64,000 bases of DNA. It comes from Chara braunii. Lineage: Eukaryota; Plantae; Charophyceae. The stretch is taken from the NCBI GenBank assembly GCA_003427395.1, contig BFEA01000037.1:73747-137746 (forward strand). The letters run 5' to 3'. Below, piece by piece: positions 49,592 through 63,036 of the stretch; positions within the stretch are counted from its first letter, which is position 1; each line of letters starts with the position of its first letter. The notes under the pieces were generated by a model. The model made no database searches. It saw only the letters and a list, made by a program, of their open reading frames with translations, and was not told the origin of the DNA. Both the position numbers and the translations under genes were made by a program.

Positions 49592-49867
49592 TCATTTCTG
49601 CCACGTTTTTTGTGACAGACCCATCTTCTCCCAAAGCTTCCCGGCCGCAATTCCGAGGTGCTCTGAGAACGAGCGTGGCTTTTTCTTCTTAACCGGCGGT
49701 CGTGGTCCTCCCTTGTTGACCACGGCAGCAGTGACTTCCCCCTTCCTAGAATCACTGCTGCTTGTCACACCCTCGGCCTCCAATGGCCACTTCTCCACGG
49801 TATCTTCATAAAAAACGACAAGGCTGCGATCCTGGCGCTTCTGGCGCCAAAGTATCTGCTTCCCTGC
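49592..49867 (-). pseudogene. gag C-terminal part (downstream of hAT insertion)
   Basis: GKQILWRQKRQD... continues the GAGTGK end of the 57431-58988 gag. Confidence 0.65.
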
Positions 49868-52800
49868 TATGTTTCCCCTTGGCTGCGGCCGAATTCGGCC
49901 ACGGCCGCGACCGTCGGTCGTGGCCGGGACCCCCCCGACCGCGGCCGCTTCGAACTTCCGGCCGCAACCGCGACCGAAATGGGAAGGGGTTTCGGGAGAG
50001 GGGAGCGGGTTTCGGGTGGGGGTGGGGCGGCGCACGCCCTCGAAGTGGCAGACCAACAAAAAATAAAAAACGGGGGGGTCCTACACATGGGTTTAACAGG
50101 GTGGGCCGGAAAAATTCATGCGTCCACCGGACTGCGGTTCGTTCATGCACGTGGGTAGGGGGGAGGGTAAGCAACACAGAAAATATACATGCGTCCCCTG
50201 TGGATTCGTTTTTTGGGTGGTGGGGGTATCTGGTCGACACCGTGGGGGGATGGGGGTCCGCCGGTTCCGTGGGTTGGTTTGTCGTTGGGTTTAGTGGGGG
50301 AGGGGGGGCGGTCGGGGCACTGCGTGGGTTTGGGTTCAAGTGTTGAAGTGCAAGTACATAGTCTCCCGCTGCAAGCGCTGGGATATTGGGTACTTGAACT
50401 TGGACATCGGGGGCGTGGGGGTTGGGTGGGGGTCGGGTGGGGGTGCAGCGCCAGGCGGGCTTCGGTTGAGTGGGTTTTGAGTGGGGGTTAGGGCGTGGGG
50501 TTTGGGTGGGGCCTCGATGGGGGTGCATATGGCAGAGCAGAGGCAGGCATCAATTTCATTCGTGAGGCTGGTGAAATAACACATTGATTAGTATATCATC
50601 CATATTTGGCATACCAAATTTAGAACACATTCACAATGAGGGCAACCATAACATGCATGTGTGTGGCATCAGACAAAGATATAATTTGCAACATTGTGAC
50701 AACAATTCCCATTTTGTCCGAGATATTTAAGACAACAAACCACTCACCAAACAACAGCGACTCACATGCAAAAGCGAGTGTGGAAGAGGAGCGTGTAGAA
50801 GAACAAGACAGTGAAAATAAAACTCCACTCCAAATGCATATGTACATGTCAGAAGCCAAAAACCGCCAACGTCAACCGAACCGTGACACACGGTACCTCA
50901 CAAAAAAACTAATGCGATCGTACCATCCGTCCCTGTGGAAACTACCCCATCAAAACAATGTCCAGTACAAAACTATGATACAACCTCGAGCAACAACATC
51001 AACATGACTATGAAACTACCCTGTCAAAACGACGTCCTAAAAAAAAAAAAAAAAAAAAAAAGGCGCTAACGCCTCCCTCTCCCTGCGGAAGGTCAAGAAC
51101 CTCTACCTCTGAAAGGACGCCCGTGGGCTCTCCCGGTGGACTGTCGACCACGCGCTCCTCCCGGGCCCCCTCCAGCACCTGTGCCCTGCACACCGCTGAT
51201 GTATGCCGCCTGTGCTGCCGGGGACACAGCCGCTCTATGTCTGCGGACTGCACTGTCGATCGGCTCGGACTCTGTGTCCGCGTCCTTGTCCTCGGCCCCC
51301 GCTGCAACAATCGTCTGTTGCTGCCTCTGAATCGCTTCCAATGCTGCCTGGCTGGCGGCGATCTCCGCTGCGAGTCGAGCCTCGACGTCCATGAAAGTGC
51401 TATGCCGTCTAGTCCCACGACGCATCAGCAACCCCTCCTCGCCGGATGTGTAATGTTGACCCTGCTGCATGTCCGCAGCTGTCCCTGGGGCCGGAATCGG
51501 CGGTGGGATCAAAACTCTCCTTGTCGCTGATCGAGACAAACCGAGCATGCGGCCTGCCGTATGAAGACTCGGACGTCCGGAGCCACCCTCGCAGCTGCCC
51601 GCAACCTGAAACCGTGGTGACAAACTACCTGCGAAGACGCCCCTCCCGACGTCGTAATCCGCCCTCATCCGGTCCGAGACCCGGCGATGAGCTGCCCATC
51701 CGCCGGCAACACCACCTGCGACAGGTGTCGGGGAACCGGCAACGGGCGCACGGGGCGTAGTCACGTCAGCGCCGCCCTCCGTGCTCCGTGTGGGTGGCGG
51801 AGGCATCGATCTGGAAGATCCGCCGCCGTCACTACGGCGGCCCGACCCGCCATCAACCGGGTCGGACACCCTCCCTCTATTGTCGCTGAGCGACGACCCT
51901 GACCATCTAGGGCTATCCACGATGTAGGGCGGGGGCGAATACGCCCCTCCAGAAGGGCGCCTCTCGTCGCTCCTGCGGCCCGTGTGGGGGAAAGGGTCAT
52001 GTGAACCGAGTCGCGCCAAATCGTGGGCGTCAAAACCAGCCTACGCGAAGGCCTTGGGCCGTGTGAGAGGTAGTAAAGGCACTGGCGGGTCCCTCACGAC
52101 CAAAGCCAGCATACCATCATCGTCGTCGTCGCCGCCGTCGCCATCGTCGTCGCCACCGTCGTCGCCACCGTCGTCGCCGTCGTCGTTGTGGTCGCGGTCG
52201 TCGCCGTGGTTGCCGTGGTCGCCATCGTCTTTGCCTCCGTGGTCGGACCCCTCCTCGTCCTCGTCCTCGCCGCCATCGTAGCGGCCTGCATCTCGGCTGG
52301 GTCCACCCTCCCCTCCACCACCCACAGCGACACCATCTCCCTCAACACCCTTGGGGACACCCTGTCGGGCCGCCCCCGCACCAGCCTCCCCACCAAAACC
52401 CACGTCGTCGCCGTCGTCGCCACCGTCGTCGCCACCGTCGTCGTCGTCGTCGCTGTGGTCGCGCTCGTTGCCGTGGTTGCCGTGGTCGCCATCGTCTTTG
52501 CCTCCGTGGTCGGACCCCTCCTCGTCCTCGTCCTCGNNNNNNNNNNNNNNNNNNNNNNNNNNNNNNNNNNNNNNNNNNNNNNNNNNNNNNNNNNNNNNNN
52601 NNNNNNNNNNNNNNNNNNNNNNNNNNNNNNNNNNNNNNNNNNNNNNNNNNNNNNNNNNNNNNNNNNNNNNNNNNNNNNNNNNNNNNNNNNNNNNNNNNNN
52701 NNNNNNNNNNNNNNNNNNNNNNNNNNNNNNNNNNNNNNNNNNNNNNNNNNNNNNNNNNNNNNNNNNNNNNNNNNNNNNNNNNNNNNNNNNNNNNNNNNNN

Positions 52801-55800
52801 NNNNNNNNNNNNNNNNNNNNNNNNNNNNNNNNNNNNNNNNNNNNNNNNNNNNNNNNNNNNNNNNNNNNNNNNNNNNNNNNNNNNNNNNNNNNNNNNNNNN
52901 NNNNNNNNNNNNNNNNNNNNNNNNNNNNNNNNNNNNNNNNNNNNNNNNNNNNNNNNNNNNNNNNNNNNNNNNNNNNNNNNNNNNNNNNNNNNNNNNNNNN
53001 NNNNNNNNNNNNNNNNNNNNNNNNNNNNNNNNNNNNCCACCACCCACAGCGACACCATCTCCCTCAACACCCGTGGGGACACCCTGTCGGGCCGCCCCCG
53101 CATCAGCCTCCCCACCAAAACCCACGTCGCCGCCGTCACCGCCGCCACCCCCCCTGTCTCCAACTCCCTCAGTCGGCGTTGCTCCTCCATATACGCGAAA
53201 CGACCCTCCCATCCCGACAATGTCCCCAACCGCTCCTCCTCCTCTCTGTCCACCCAGGCATCCCGCTCCTCCTCGCTCTCTACATGGTCCCGCACATCTG
53301 AATCGTCGATACACACGTCCAACAGCGAGGCACCCCCCTGTCTCGGGGCACTGAAATCCCCCAAGCCCCCGCCAGAGCCGACGACGTAGAAGTCGTCGGT
53401 ACGCAGCTCGGACGGCAAGCGGTGGCGGACACCGGCGCAGGATGGAGTCCTCTCCAACTCTGGAATGTCCGCAAGCCCAGCCCCCTCACGGTGCTCGGTC
53501 GCTGGTGTCCGTTGTCTCTCCGCTGCCGATGCCGACCTCGTCCTCGGCCTGGTAGGCTTGGGCGGTCCCGTACTCCGATGATGAGAGGGAGAGAACCGAC
53601 GATCCCGAAGGGGCACCTCCTCCTCCTCCTCCTCCCCCTCCAGCTCGCTGTCGCTCCTAACCTCCCAACGTCTGCCCATCTGCGAAGGCCTCGGAGTGGC
53701 TCCTGCTCCACGTGCTCGTCCGCACGCGGTCGTCGTCGCCCGCGATCGCCGGCTCTGCCGGTGCCACTTACCTGACCACCGGACAGCACATCGTTAATGA
53801 TGACGAATGTGTGTGGAGCCATGCCGTCAGGTCCTCCGCCGTAAGTGAAATACGCCCGCTCCGTCATCGCGTCGCCGCTGACGGAAGCGTCATCATCGTC
53901 CGTCCACTGGTCGTCCGACGTGTCGTCGTCCGCATCAGCGTCCGGAGTCTGCTCCGGCCACGGCCGTAGCTCCGCCGCCCTCTTGCCGAACACGTCCTGA
54001 ACCGGGTCGGCTCTAGACGGTCGACAAGCATGGAAAGCGACGACCTGGTGCTCGATGTCCTACTCGTTGAAACTGCCAACAGGTCGCGCTCCCTACACCT
54101 CAGGGTCCACATCCCCCTCGTCGTCCTCCTGCCCTCCCGCGGTCTCCTCCTGACCGGTCCCCATAACCCAGGGCAACACGTAGCCACTACCCTGTTGTGC
54201 GCACCCGGCCAGTTTGAGATTGGTGGCAATCTCAACCAGCTATGCAAGCTTCGCAAAGCCAAGCTTGTGGCGCCTCGCCGAGTTGATGCGCTCGTGCTGC
54301 GCCCAGTTCCTCTCCACAGGAGAGGCGGACGTCCACAAGTGCATCACACGGATGGCGATGGTGCGCAACTTAGGGTGACGACGTCCGGGATCAAACCACC
54401 ACTGGGCACAACGCTCAGTCTCGCGGTCCGCCCGATAGTCGTCGGCCTCGGCATCGGACAGCTGCCGATCTCCCCAATCTCCCCGCCCGAGTGGAAATGC
54501 CTGATTTGATCGCAGACTGTCCTGTACAGTCTGCTGACCGGATCGTCGTCAGTCTGTGCGAGCAGAAATCTGTCGCACTCCTCGACCGCACGGACGTCGT
54601 CACTGGTCGTCTGCAACGACTCATAATATTGGAGGGACCGGCGGCGAGGGTTGAGGAGGTGTGCCGCGGCATGTGCGGGCATGGTTGCGGACGACAACCT
54701 CGCGCACGCACGGCTCGACCATGTCAACCGGCACATCCACCCTCCTCATCAACTCGAGAAGATGCCGACTCCACTCATAAACGATGGACATCATCATCCC
54801 CCCTCTATCCATCCTCCTCAAGCGCTGGTTGATGGGCGACATAACGTGGATGGCACAGTCAACGCTTCGCCAGAACTCGTCGTCGCGGATCTGCTGCTGA
54901 ACCCACTGTGCCTAGGAGACACATCAGCATCAGGAAAACCGATGCAAACCGGATCTCAACGGGCTCAACCAGCGTGACACGAGGGCTCATCCTCCTAAAA
55001 AGGGCGAACTTAGCGCCGTGCGATTTAATAAATCGCACTAACGCTCGGGCACGGATGATGGTCTCCTTGACCCACCCCACTCGCGTCCCGACGTCTGACA
55101 ACATCAAGTTGCAGACGTGGGTGGAGTAGGGAAGCCAAGTGATCCTTCTGATGTCTGCGTCGGGGTCAGTGGCGAATCTACGAGTGGCCTCCGTATAGTT
55201 ACTGGTGGAATCCATGCAGAAGCCGATCACGTCCTTTGCAGGAAAGGACAAGATGATGGCCCGCCACCTGCGATACACGACATCCGCCGTGTCAGGGACT
55301 GACCCGTCACGTGCGACGGTCGCATATAGCAGGGCGTCGTTGGCGCCCCCGGCCAGGAAGTTCACGAGCGGCTTGCTGCTACGCGACTTCCTTCCGTCGG
55401 AGAGGATGGTGGCATCAGTGTGCCGGAAAGCCGACCGCACCTCGCTCACCATCGTCGCCACCTTCCCCCTCTGCGAAGGGATTCCTGCGCCCGCTGTAAC
55501 CCTGTAGGAGGAAAACTGAAAGCGAACGTTGCGGGGGACTCTCTCCACCGCCTGACGCACCCTCTGGAACTCCGACCCTCTAGAGGCGTTGAACGACAAC
55601 CCCTTCGCGTAGATCCACTGCAGCCACGCGTCGGTGAACTCGCTCAACTTCTCCTTCGCGTACATCTCGTCAATCGTCGTCTGACATGCCCTCTTCTCCC
55701 TCGCCGTGTCACGCACGTCAACGTCCTCCTCCCACACTTTCCTCTTCTCCCTCCTAGCCCGCTCTAACTCAGGTCGTTACGCCCTCGCACCGCGTCCCGC

Positions 55801-56708
55801 CGGGCCATCCGCTCTCGACGTCATCACTACCTCCTCCCCAGGTAGATCAGACTCGCAGCCTCCAGCTGCCTCGTCTCGCATCCCCGCCTAGCCGACCCCG
55901 CCCTCGCCCCCCTCCTGCTCATCGAGGAAGTCCTGCATCTCCTCCCTCTCAGCCTCGTCTGCCCATGGCCGCTGCCCACCCGTGGTCGTTCTCGTATCCC
56001 GCATCCCCTCGTCTGCCAACCACCTCTGGACCCGCTGAGCAGTCTTGTCCGCGAACGTGTACCCCGTGTTTTTCCAGACGTCCGCGATAACTCTCATCCC
56101 CGCAAGCCTGTAGTACTTGGGCTGCGTGACATGACGAGCGGCCTTCGTCGCATTCCCCTGCCACACATGGTTGCAAAAGTTGCAGCGCAACTTCCGGTCC
56201 CCATGCATCTTCGACTGGTTCCCGACAAGTTGCCCCGCTGTGACGAAGTTCCAAATTGAGTTGCCCCGCCTCAACCTCGCTATCTCCCTATCAGACTACG
56301 AGATGAATCCCCCACCCGCGGTCCCCCTCGCACCGCCGGTCCCCTCACCGCTGGGCCCCGCACCACCCGTCATTGTCCCCCCCCCTGCCGACACCCTAGG
56401 CGGGCGCGGGTCTCTAGCACAGTGGTGAGCACCCCATCCACACGGCCCGCCGCAGCCTCCCCGACGGCGACCCCCACGGAGTGGTCACGGCCGCTCCGGT
56501 CGCCTCCGGTCACTTTCGGCCGCCTCCGGTCGAGTCTGGTCACTTCTGGCCGAGTTCGGTCGAGCCTGGTCAAGGCCGGGCACTAAAGCGTCGCGCGGCG
56601 ATGGCGGGCGCGCGACAAAAAACGATGCCGCGGCGCTGAACGGTGGACGGGCGGCGGCGGCGTTTGCGGCTTGGCAGTGGCACGTGCGGCCACGCAGAGT
56701 GGTGAGTG

Positions 56709-56740
<32 letters not shown>

Positions 56741-56801
56741 GCTACTACCACGCGCGCATGTGCCGCGCAACGACGAAGAAGAAGAAGAAAAGAAGAAGAA
56801 G

Positions 56802-56832
<31 letters not shown>

Positions 56833-57430
56833 TATCTCTCTCTCTCCCTCTCTCTGCTACTGCCACTCGCGCACGTGCCGCGCAACGACGAAGAAGAAAA
56901 AGAAAAAAAGAAGAAGAAGAAGAAGAAGAAGAAGAAGCTCTCTCTCTCTCTCTCTCTCGGCCAGCAACAACGGCGGCGGCACGACCACACAGCGACAACA
57001 TAACGGCAACAACACCAACTGTTGCCGTTTCAGAAAAATGTCGGCATTTATCTGAAACGGCAACAGCCTTGCCGTTGCCTAGGCCTGGAGCCGCCCCCCC
57101 ACACATGCAGTGCGGCCCATACGGTCGTGCACCACAAAAACGGTCGAAATGGCCCACGGACCTTTTTTTTTTTTTTTTTTTTTTTTTCCGTCCTGTATGT
57201 TTTTATGACGACCAGCAATATCAGGAAAAAATAAAATAAAATGGGTGTGCATGTTTTTTTAGCCCTGCACGCCCATTTTTTTTTATTTCTTTTTTGCCCT
57301 AAAATATACGGAAAAAAAATCCTGCAACAAACTCGGTTGTTCGGCCTTGGCCGAACCTGTGGCCGATTCGGCCGCAGGGCGCGGCCGAAGCCAAGTTTTT
57401 GCCCCCGGCCGTGACTGGGCATGCAATATA
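49868..57430 (-). mobile_element. hAT DNA transposon 2 inserted in gag
   Basis: Flanked by gcttccctgc / gcttccccgt duplication; termini TATGTT.../...AATATA; CGGCC-rich subterminal repeats at both ends. Confidence 0.8.
53280..56274 (-). pseudogene. hAT transposase (BED, DUF659, C-terminal dimerisation domain), disrupted
   Basis: LRCNFCNHVWQG...ARH; TILSDG...LVNFLA; WLPYSTHVCNL; EIRFAS; HLLNP; WW...PKLRTIAIRV...SASPVERNW at ~54300-54410. Confidence 0.9.
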
Positions 57431-58988
57431 GCTTCCCCGTTCCTGCACCACCACCATATTTCACAACAGATGCATAAGAGTTCTTAACCTGCGACGTCAT
57501 TTGCACTCGTTGAAGAGCCAAATCCCGAAACTGCCTATAATTATATTTACCAGACTTGGACTCTGCCACGAGTTGTCCACGAATGGGCTCGGGCAGAGCA
57601 CGGGAATAGATGTACAAGACCTGGTTGTCTTGTAGGTTCAGTCCTGGAACCTGCAGCAACCGATCAACTTCCTGAGATAACGATTCCACAGAGGTCCAAT
57701 GTCTTTGACCAATCGTGGTGAGCTGGTCAAAGGCCTTATCGGCCGTCGTTTTGTCCAAAAACCGTTCCTTGATCTTCCCAAGGAACTGTTTGAGGTTCAA
57801 GGTTCCAGCCCACTCCCCGATGTCATCGAACCCTGCGGCATTGGCTTCGGCCAAAACCCACTCCTTAGCTTCCCCACCAAGGCAAGAGGTAGAGAGTGCA
57901 ACCTGGGATTCGGGTTCGACAAGGGCCGTGCTACAGTACGTTTGAATCTTTGTGATCCACAAAAGCAGATTTTCGTCTTTCTTATTACAAAACGTGAAAG
58001 GCAATTTCTTCTTAACTTTCTCCTTCTTCTTGGGTTTCTCCGGTTCTGTGGTTACTTTGTCCTGTGACTTCGGAGAAGGAGACTTTGTAGGTGGAGAGGA
58101 AGGAGGGAAGCTTGGTGGAGAAGACGGCGGACTCGAAGGCTCCCCTTTCTTTGTTTCTGATTTATCTTCTGTCTTCTCTGTTTCTACCTTGAGAGACTTC
58201 ATGGCGTCTCCCATGAGTTTCTCTGGCTTTTTAGTCTTTTCTTCCTTGACCTGTTCCTTTCCCTTGACCAAATTCGTGACTGTCCGGAGTTCTGAGGCCA
58301 CGTCATCAATTTGGGACTGCATCCGGTCACCAAACTGATCTATTTTCATTTCCAAGTGGGCAAGGTAATTCACAAGCTGGGCCAAAGAAATTGCCTGTTT
58401 TTCCCCTTCAGTGTGAATGACAGTTTGTCTAACTTTTTCCACTTTTTGTTCTTGCTGTACATTTCTTTCTTTACGCCTTCTCATTTCTTGTTTCCTCTGC
58501 TTTTCTTTCTCAAATGCTTCTTCCAATTGTCTGATGTTCTCATCCACGGTTTCTTCAGTCACATCAACTTCTTTCTCTTCCTTCTGTTCCGAGATCTTTG
58601 CAAGTTGTTCCACAATAATCTTATCAAGTGTCTGACGACACTTGATGAGTTCATTCTGAACCTTCAAGACGTTGGTGCCAGTCTCAGCTGATTCGATAGC
58701 ATCATGAATTGCTTTCAAATCAAACTGGGCACGTACCTGTGCCTCTACTTCAGCACCAACGTCATGGAGTTCAGATATCAGTTGATCCAGACGACCAATC
58801 AAGACTCTTTTTCGCTCTTCAACTTGCTGTCTGGTTCGGGGGTCAGGAGTCCCCTCAAGTGAGTGAGACTGGGAAGAAAAAGAAAGGGATGAAGAGTGAG
58901 AACCGACAATTTCAGACAATTCCAGAAATGAGACATTGTGATGTGCGTCTGCCGCACAATAATACTTAATAACAAAAATAAATTCCAC
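57431..58988 (-). pseudogene. Gypsy gag N-terminal part (coiled coil + capsid-like), interrupted by hAT
   Basis: Long ORF with LLLWITKIQTYC...SCLGGEAKEW...KERF...YSRALPEPIR. Confidence 0.85.
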
Positions 58989-59359
58989 GGCCGCACTGAT
59001 CTACAACAGCAAGATTTCTAATCACTGAAGGAAATAATCAAATACAATTATTTCTATTTCTGACTATTGCTGTTCTTTTGTCTGTTCGTGTGATGATGTC
59101 CTAAGCAAGACTGTACAGGTACCGCGTCAGGCCCGTGTGAACAACACAACACACAAGTAAGTACGCAAACAGCAACAACATGTGAGTATGCCAACAACAC
59201 TCACAAACAGTTTGTCAGCAACCTTCATCAGTCTGCTGTGTCTTCTTGATGTCAATGCGATCACGCAATCCTTCTGACAGCTGGCACTACAGCTGTATAA
59301 GCTGTCCAGTCAGCTGTACCGCCGTCGTCTAAAGAAAGCACCTCTTACTTGGCAGCATC

Positions 59360-59970
59360 CTGCCTGCCACATGTCACCCCTGGAGTGCCAACATAGCAAA
59401 TGTTGCCACATCAGCACTAGGTCCAGTTTGTCAATAATGGGATGCCACGTCAGCAAGTGTGTAGTCCAATCCTCGCCACGTGCCTCTTTCAAGCGTCACG
59501 CGAGGTACCGTCGCTGATCCAGCCAGTCAGATTATGCTACGTCAGCCAAGGAGTTCAATGCCACGTCAGCAGGCAGACACCACCTCATCAGACAAGTGTG
59601 ATGACCTGCTCGTGCCACGTCAGCAATTAATCTTTCCTCCAGGCCACGTCAGCATCTGCAGTAGACCCTGTCGTGTCAGCAGCACAATGAGTGCCACATC
59701 AGCAATCAACAGGGTCTTCAGATGCAGCACGATGTGTGCCACGTCAGCATGGGATCACGATGCCACGTCACTATCGCGATCCTGGCTGGCGTGCGGTATC
59801 CCTTGTTGCGATCCCTACTGCCACGTCAGCAGCCTGGTAGGGATGTCTTCTTGCCAGCAGAACCTGTACTTCGTCAACTGCTCCGGTCAGGTCTTCTTGC
59901 CAGTGAATCTGTACTTCGTCAGCAATCCCCGGCAATGTCTTCTTGCCAAAGAGGTATGTGCCACGTCAAT
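59360..59970. promoter_or_regulatory. Cluster of TGCCACGTCA(GC) G-box/hex-like motifs in the retrotransposon 5' leader
   Basis: More than 8 copies seen directly. Confidence 0.55.
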
Positions 59971-60070
59971 ATCCCCAGCGTATCCCTTGCCACGCCATCA
60001 CCTACTCAACCTTACTTACCTGTGCGCCACCTGGCGCCTACCCATATACAAATGTCGTCGTCAGGAGATT

Positions 60071-60083
60071 AGCTCCGATACCA
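60071..60083 (-). promoter_or_regulatory. Primer binding site, tRNA-Met(i) type (TGGTATCGGAGCT)
   Basis: 3 nt inside the 5' LTR end; canonical TGGTATC.GAGC. Confidence 0.9.
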
Positions 60084-60086
60084 AAC

Positions 60087-61078
60087 TGTAATGAACCCAG
60101 ATCGTGAGACAGTTGTCAACAATGCAAGTCCAGATAAATGTCCATCGGCTGATGATTACTAGTCAAAAATTGTGACCTGACAGAGTGAGGTGAGATATCA
60201 TACACAGACGAAGAGAGAGGAGGGAGAAGAGACAAAGGAGAGGAAGTAAAATGCTCACTCCTGCTTTGGGCTCCCTCCTCTACTGCCACCTCAACAATCA
60301 ATAGTCTGAACGAGTATCCGAGTATCCTCAATGTGCCACGTGGCACGTCCAATCAGTCCCACATCCGCATCTGGAGCAATGTCGACATGAAGACCACCAG
60401 GTACGTATCCTCGAACTCTCCACAGTCCTGATCTCCTCCTGAAGTGACGACGAACAGAACAGCAATGCCGATTACGTAGTCCCCTCAATAGAACACGTGG
60501 CAGCAGCCACATCAGCGAAGGCGCATGGCAGCTGCCACGTCAGCATGCCAAGAAGACAGGAACATGCCGGCCACCATGCCGGACTAGCAGCGCCTCGCCA
60601 AGTCACAATGCCAGCAGCGTCGAGCCAGCGTTGCAGCGTCGAGCCAGCGTTGAAGTCAACGCGTGAAGTCAGCATCAACGCAAGACAGAATGCATGTCAA
60701 AGCCAGGAAGTCAACTCTTATGTAGTGTTGACGCGGGGTCTGGACCCCGGATGCTGTATCCCTCGGCCGTCCAGATCTCAATGCGAATGAGGGTTCAGAT
60801 CGGCCTGAAACCGAATTCCCTCCGGCCTGGATGCTGTCTGGGTACCTGCGCACAACAAGTGAGTGTATCCAACCCAGGGCCTGGGTGCGGTACATTTGAC
60901 TCTACAGTCGACTTTGACTCTTGAAATTCCTGTGCGCAGCGTTCGGTCACACAGCCACGCTCGACAGACTCAGGCCCGGGCGTGTCTTGGTCACACAGCC
61001 CAGCGCAGACCTTCTCAGGTCTGCGTGGCCTGGGGCTGAGTTCTGAGCCCCAGGCTACTTCTGAACAGGGTTATTACA
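60087..61078 (-). repeat. 5' LTR
   Basis: Direct repeat of 44959-45929, with an extra short internal duplication at ~60614-60652. Confidence 0.93.
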
Positions 61079-62044
61079 TTACTGAGATTTGCATCATATT
61101 GAATTTCACAAATAAATGTTTAATCCAATTATGTGCTTTCTCTATTCTATCTATATATTAATAATATCAATCAACGGTCAGAGATGTTGGAAACTGTATT
61201 GAACAAAGACTCCCTGTAGTTCACACAACCACTGTGACAACCCCTGTGACAATCTGAGAGACGACCCCAAGTCAAGGAAACCATGCAGCCTACTGACAAC
61301 TGGTCCCTTGAAATATATGTGTCATGGATGAATGCTATAACGTTTTCCGCAGGGGATTGTATGGACATACATAGATGGGCTCATAAAATCCCTGCAACAA
61401 TCTGATGGTAGATCCCAAACCAAAGAATCGATGAAGTCTCCTGACAACTGGTTGATTGTTTTCTGTATCGTGGCTGAATGTTACGGACTTACTTCTTCAA
61501 GGAATTGCTCGGACATGGACGGCCATGGTTTGATGCTATTCGATAATCCATCAGAGAAAATAACGAGCAGTGCCCTCCCAAGAGTATCCACACAAGTTCT
61601 CTCAACGAACCCAAAACGGCAGCCACTGACTCTACAGTCCAACAGGCTATCAACAGCCCTTAGATGTAAATTAAACCGTACTAAATTTAAGATTTGTTTT
61701 AACAGTAAAGAAGCAGCAAACTCATAGGCTGAAGGCGCTCTCCAAAGCATTTGTTCATTAGTATATCCTGAATTTACCTGTGGGGCAAACTAGCTGCGGG
61801 CAGCCTTTGAAGCACCCATGGTGGAAAAGGTAGAGAACGTGTAGAAGACAGAGAAACTCTTAAGGAGTAATAGTCTTCAATCTGATTGGGGTGAGCATTG
61901 GCTATCACCATAGCCTTATCTGCATCATCAACAGCAGACATGCGCACAAAGATGAAAGGAAAATGCAAACCCGGGTCAGCCAAAGAGATGGGACTTCACC
62001 ACGTAGTCAAAAAGGATTGTCAAGTCTGAAACAGGAAAACAAAT

Positions 62045-62335
62045 ACGAACTCAACCAGGGAATCTGCAGGGTGAGTGTATTCAGAGAAACAAGGTGATGC
62101 AAGAAAGCGATAGAGCCAGCGGGGTGATACAAGAAAGCAATAGAGCCAGCGGGGTGATGCAAGAAAGCAATAGAGCCAGCAGGGTGATGCAAGAAAGTGA
62201 TAGAGTCTGTGGGGTGATGCAAGAAAGCGATAGAGCCAGCGGCAGGAAAGCAAGCATGAACTCAAGCAGGGAATCTGCAGGGTGAGGTGTATGCAGAGAA
62301 ACGAGGTGATGCAAGAAAGCGATAGAGCCAGAGAG
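62045..62335. repeat. 30-bp minisatellite (ggtgatgcaagaaagcgatagagccagcgg), ~6 copies within a larger duplicated unit
   Basis: Direct inspection. Confidence 0.9.
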
Positions 62336-62614
62336 ACTATGAAAACAAGTGACATACACCAGTGGCAGACAATCTCATGGAGGGCGAGGGTGGGTTTTTT
62401 GCAGAGAAACAACATGATACAAGAAAGTGCTATGGCCAGAGAGAGCCATCCAGATGGATCAAGCCAGAAGCAGAGAGTCTCATGGAGGGGAGGAGCAGAT
62501 GTGTCGCATGCGTGTCTCAGAGAACCAAGGAATCCCCAAATGTGAGAAAAACAACAACGTAATGCAGTGGAAGACTGAAAATACACAGATCTGATTCATC
62601 GGACTCAGGACATG

Positions 62615-62693
<79 letters not shown>
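62615..62693. repeat. (CA)n microsatellite
   Basis: Direct inspection. Confidence 0.95.
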
Positions 62694-62694
<1 letters not shown>

Positions 62695-62845
62695 CACACA
62701 GAACGGAAAGGTGACATGATACATAGAAGAATAGGGCTGCTGCCTTGCCCACACTAATGTGAGATAATTCCACACGCAGAAAGATGGAGGAATGAGATGA
62801 AGGGAGGGAGAAGAGCAGAGAATATTGCCAGTCGATGCACCACTC

Positions 62846-63036
62846 AATAGCCCCTCTTGAGACCCCCAACTAGTCTCAGTCCGAATGTCAAGTCGGAGTC
62901 TGGGCGCAGCCCAAAGTAGTCACCAAGTCGCCGGTCAATGCACCACTGAACAATAATAGCCCCTCTTGAAACCCCCAACTAGTCTCAGTCCGAGTGTCAA
63001 GTTCGAGTGTGGGCGCAGCCCAAAATACTCACCAAA
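62846..63036. repeat. 2x ~109-bp direct repeat
   Basis: aatagcccctcttga.acccccaactagtctcagtccga occurs twice. Confidence 0.85.

Larger units (their letters stand above)
44959..61078 (-). mobile_element. Full-length Gypsy chromovirus LTR retrotransposon (decayed, hAT inserted in gag)
   Basis: LTRs TGTAATG...ATTACA at 44959-45929 and 60087-61078; Met PBS; gag-PR-RT-RH-IN-chromo order. Confidence 0.93.

Noticed and set aside
57048-57430. C-terminal part of the 646-aa ORF as genuine gag
   Set aside because: It reads into the hAT terminus; the real gag continues at 49867.
44954-61083. Clean TSD for the full-length chromovirus
   Set aside because: The 5-bp flanks attat and ttact do not match; only an imperfect 4-bp ttat/ttac is present.
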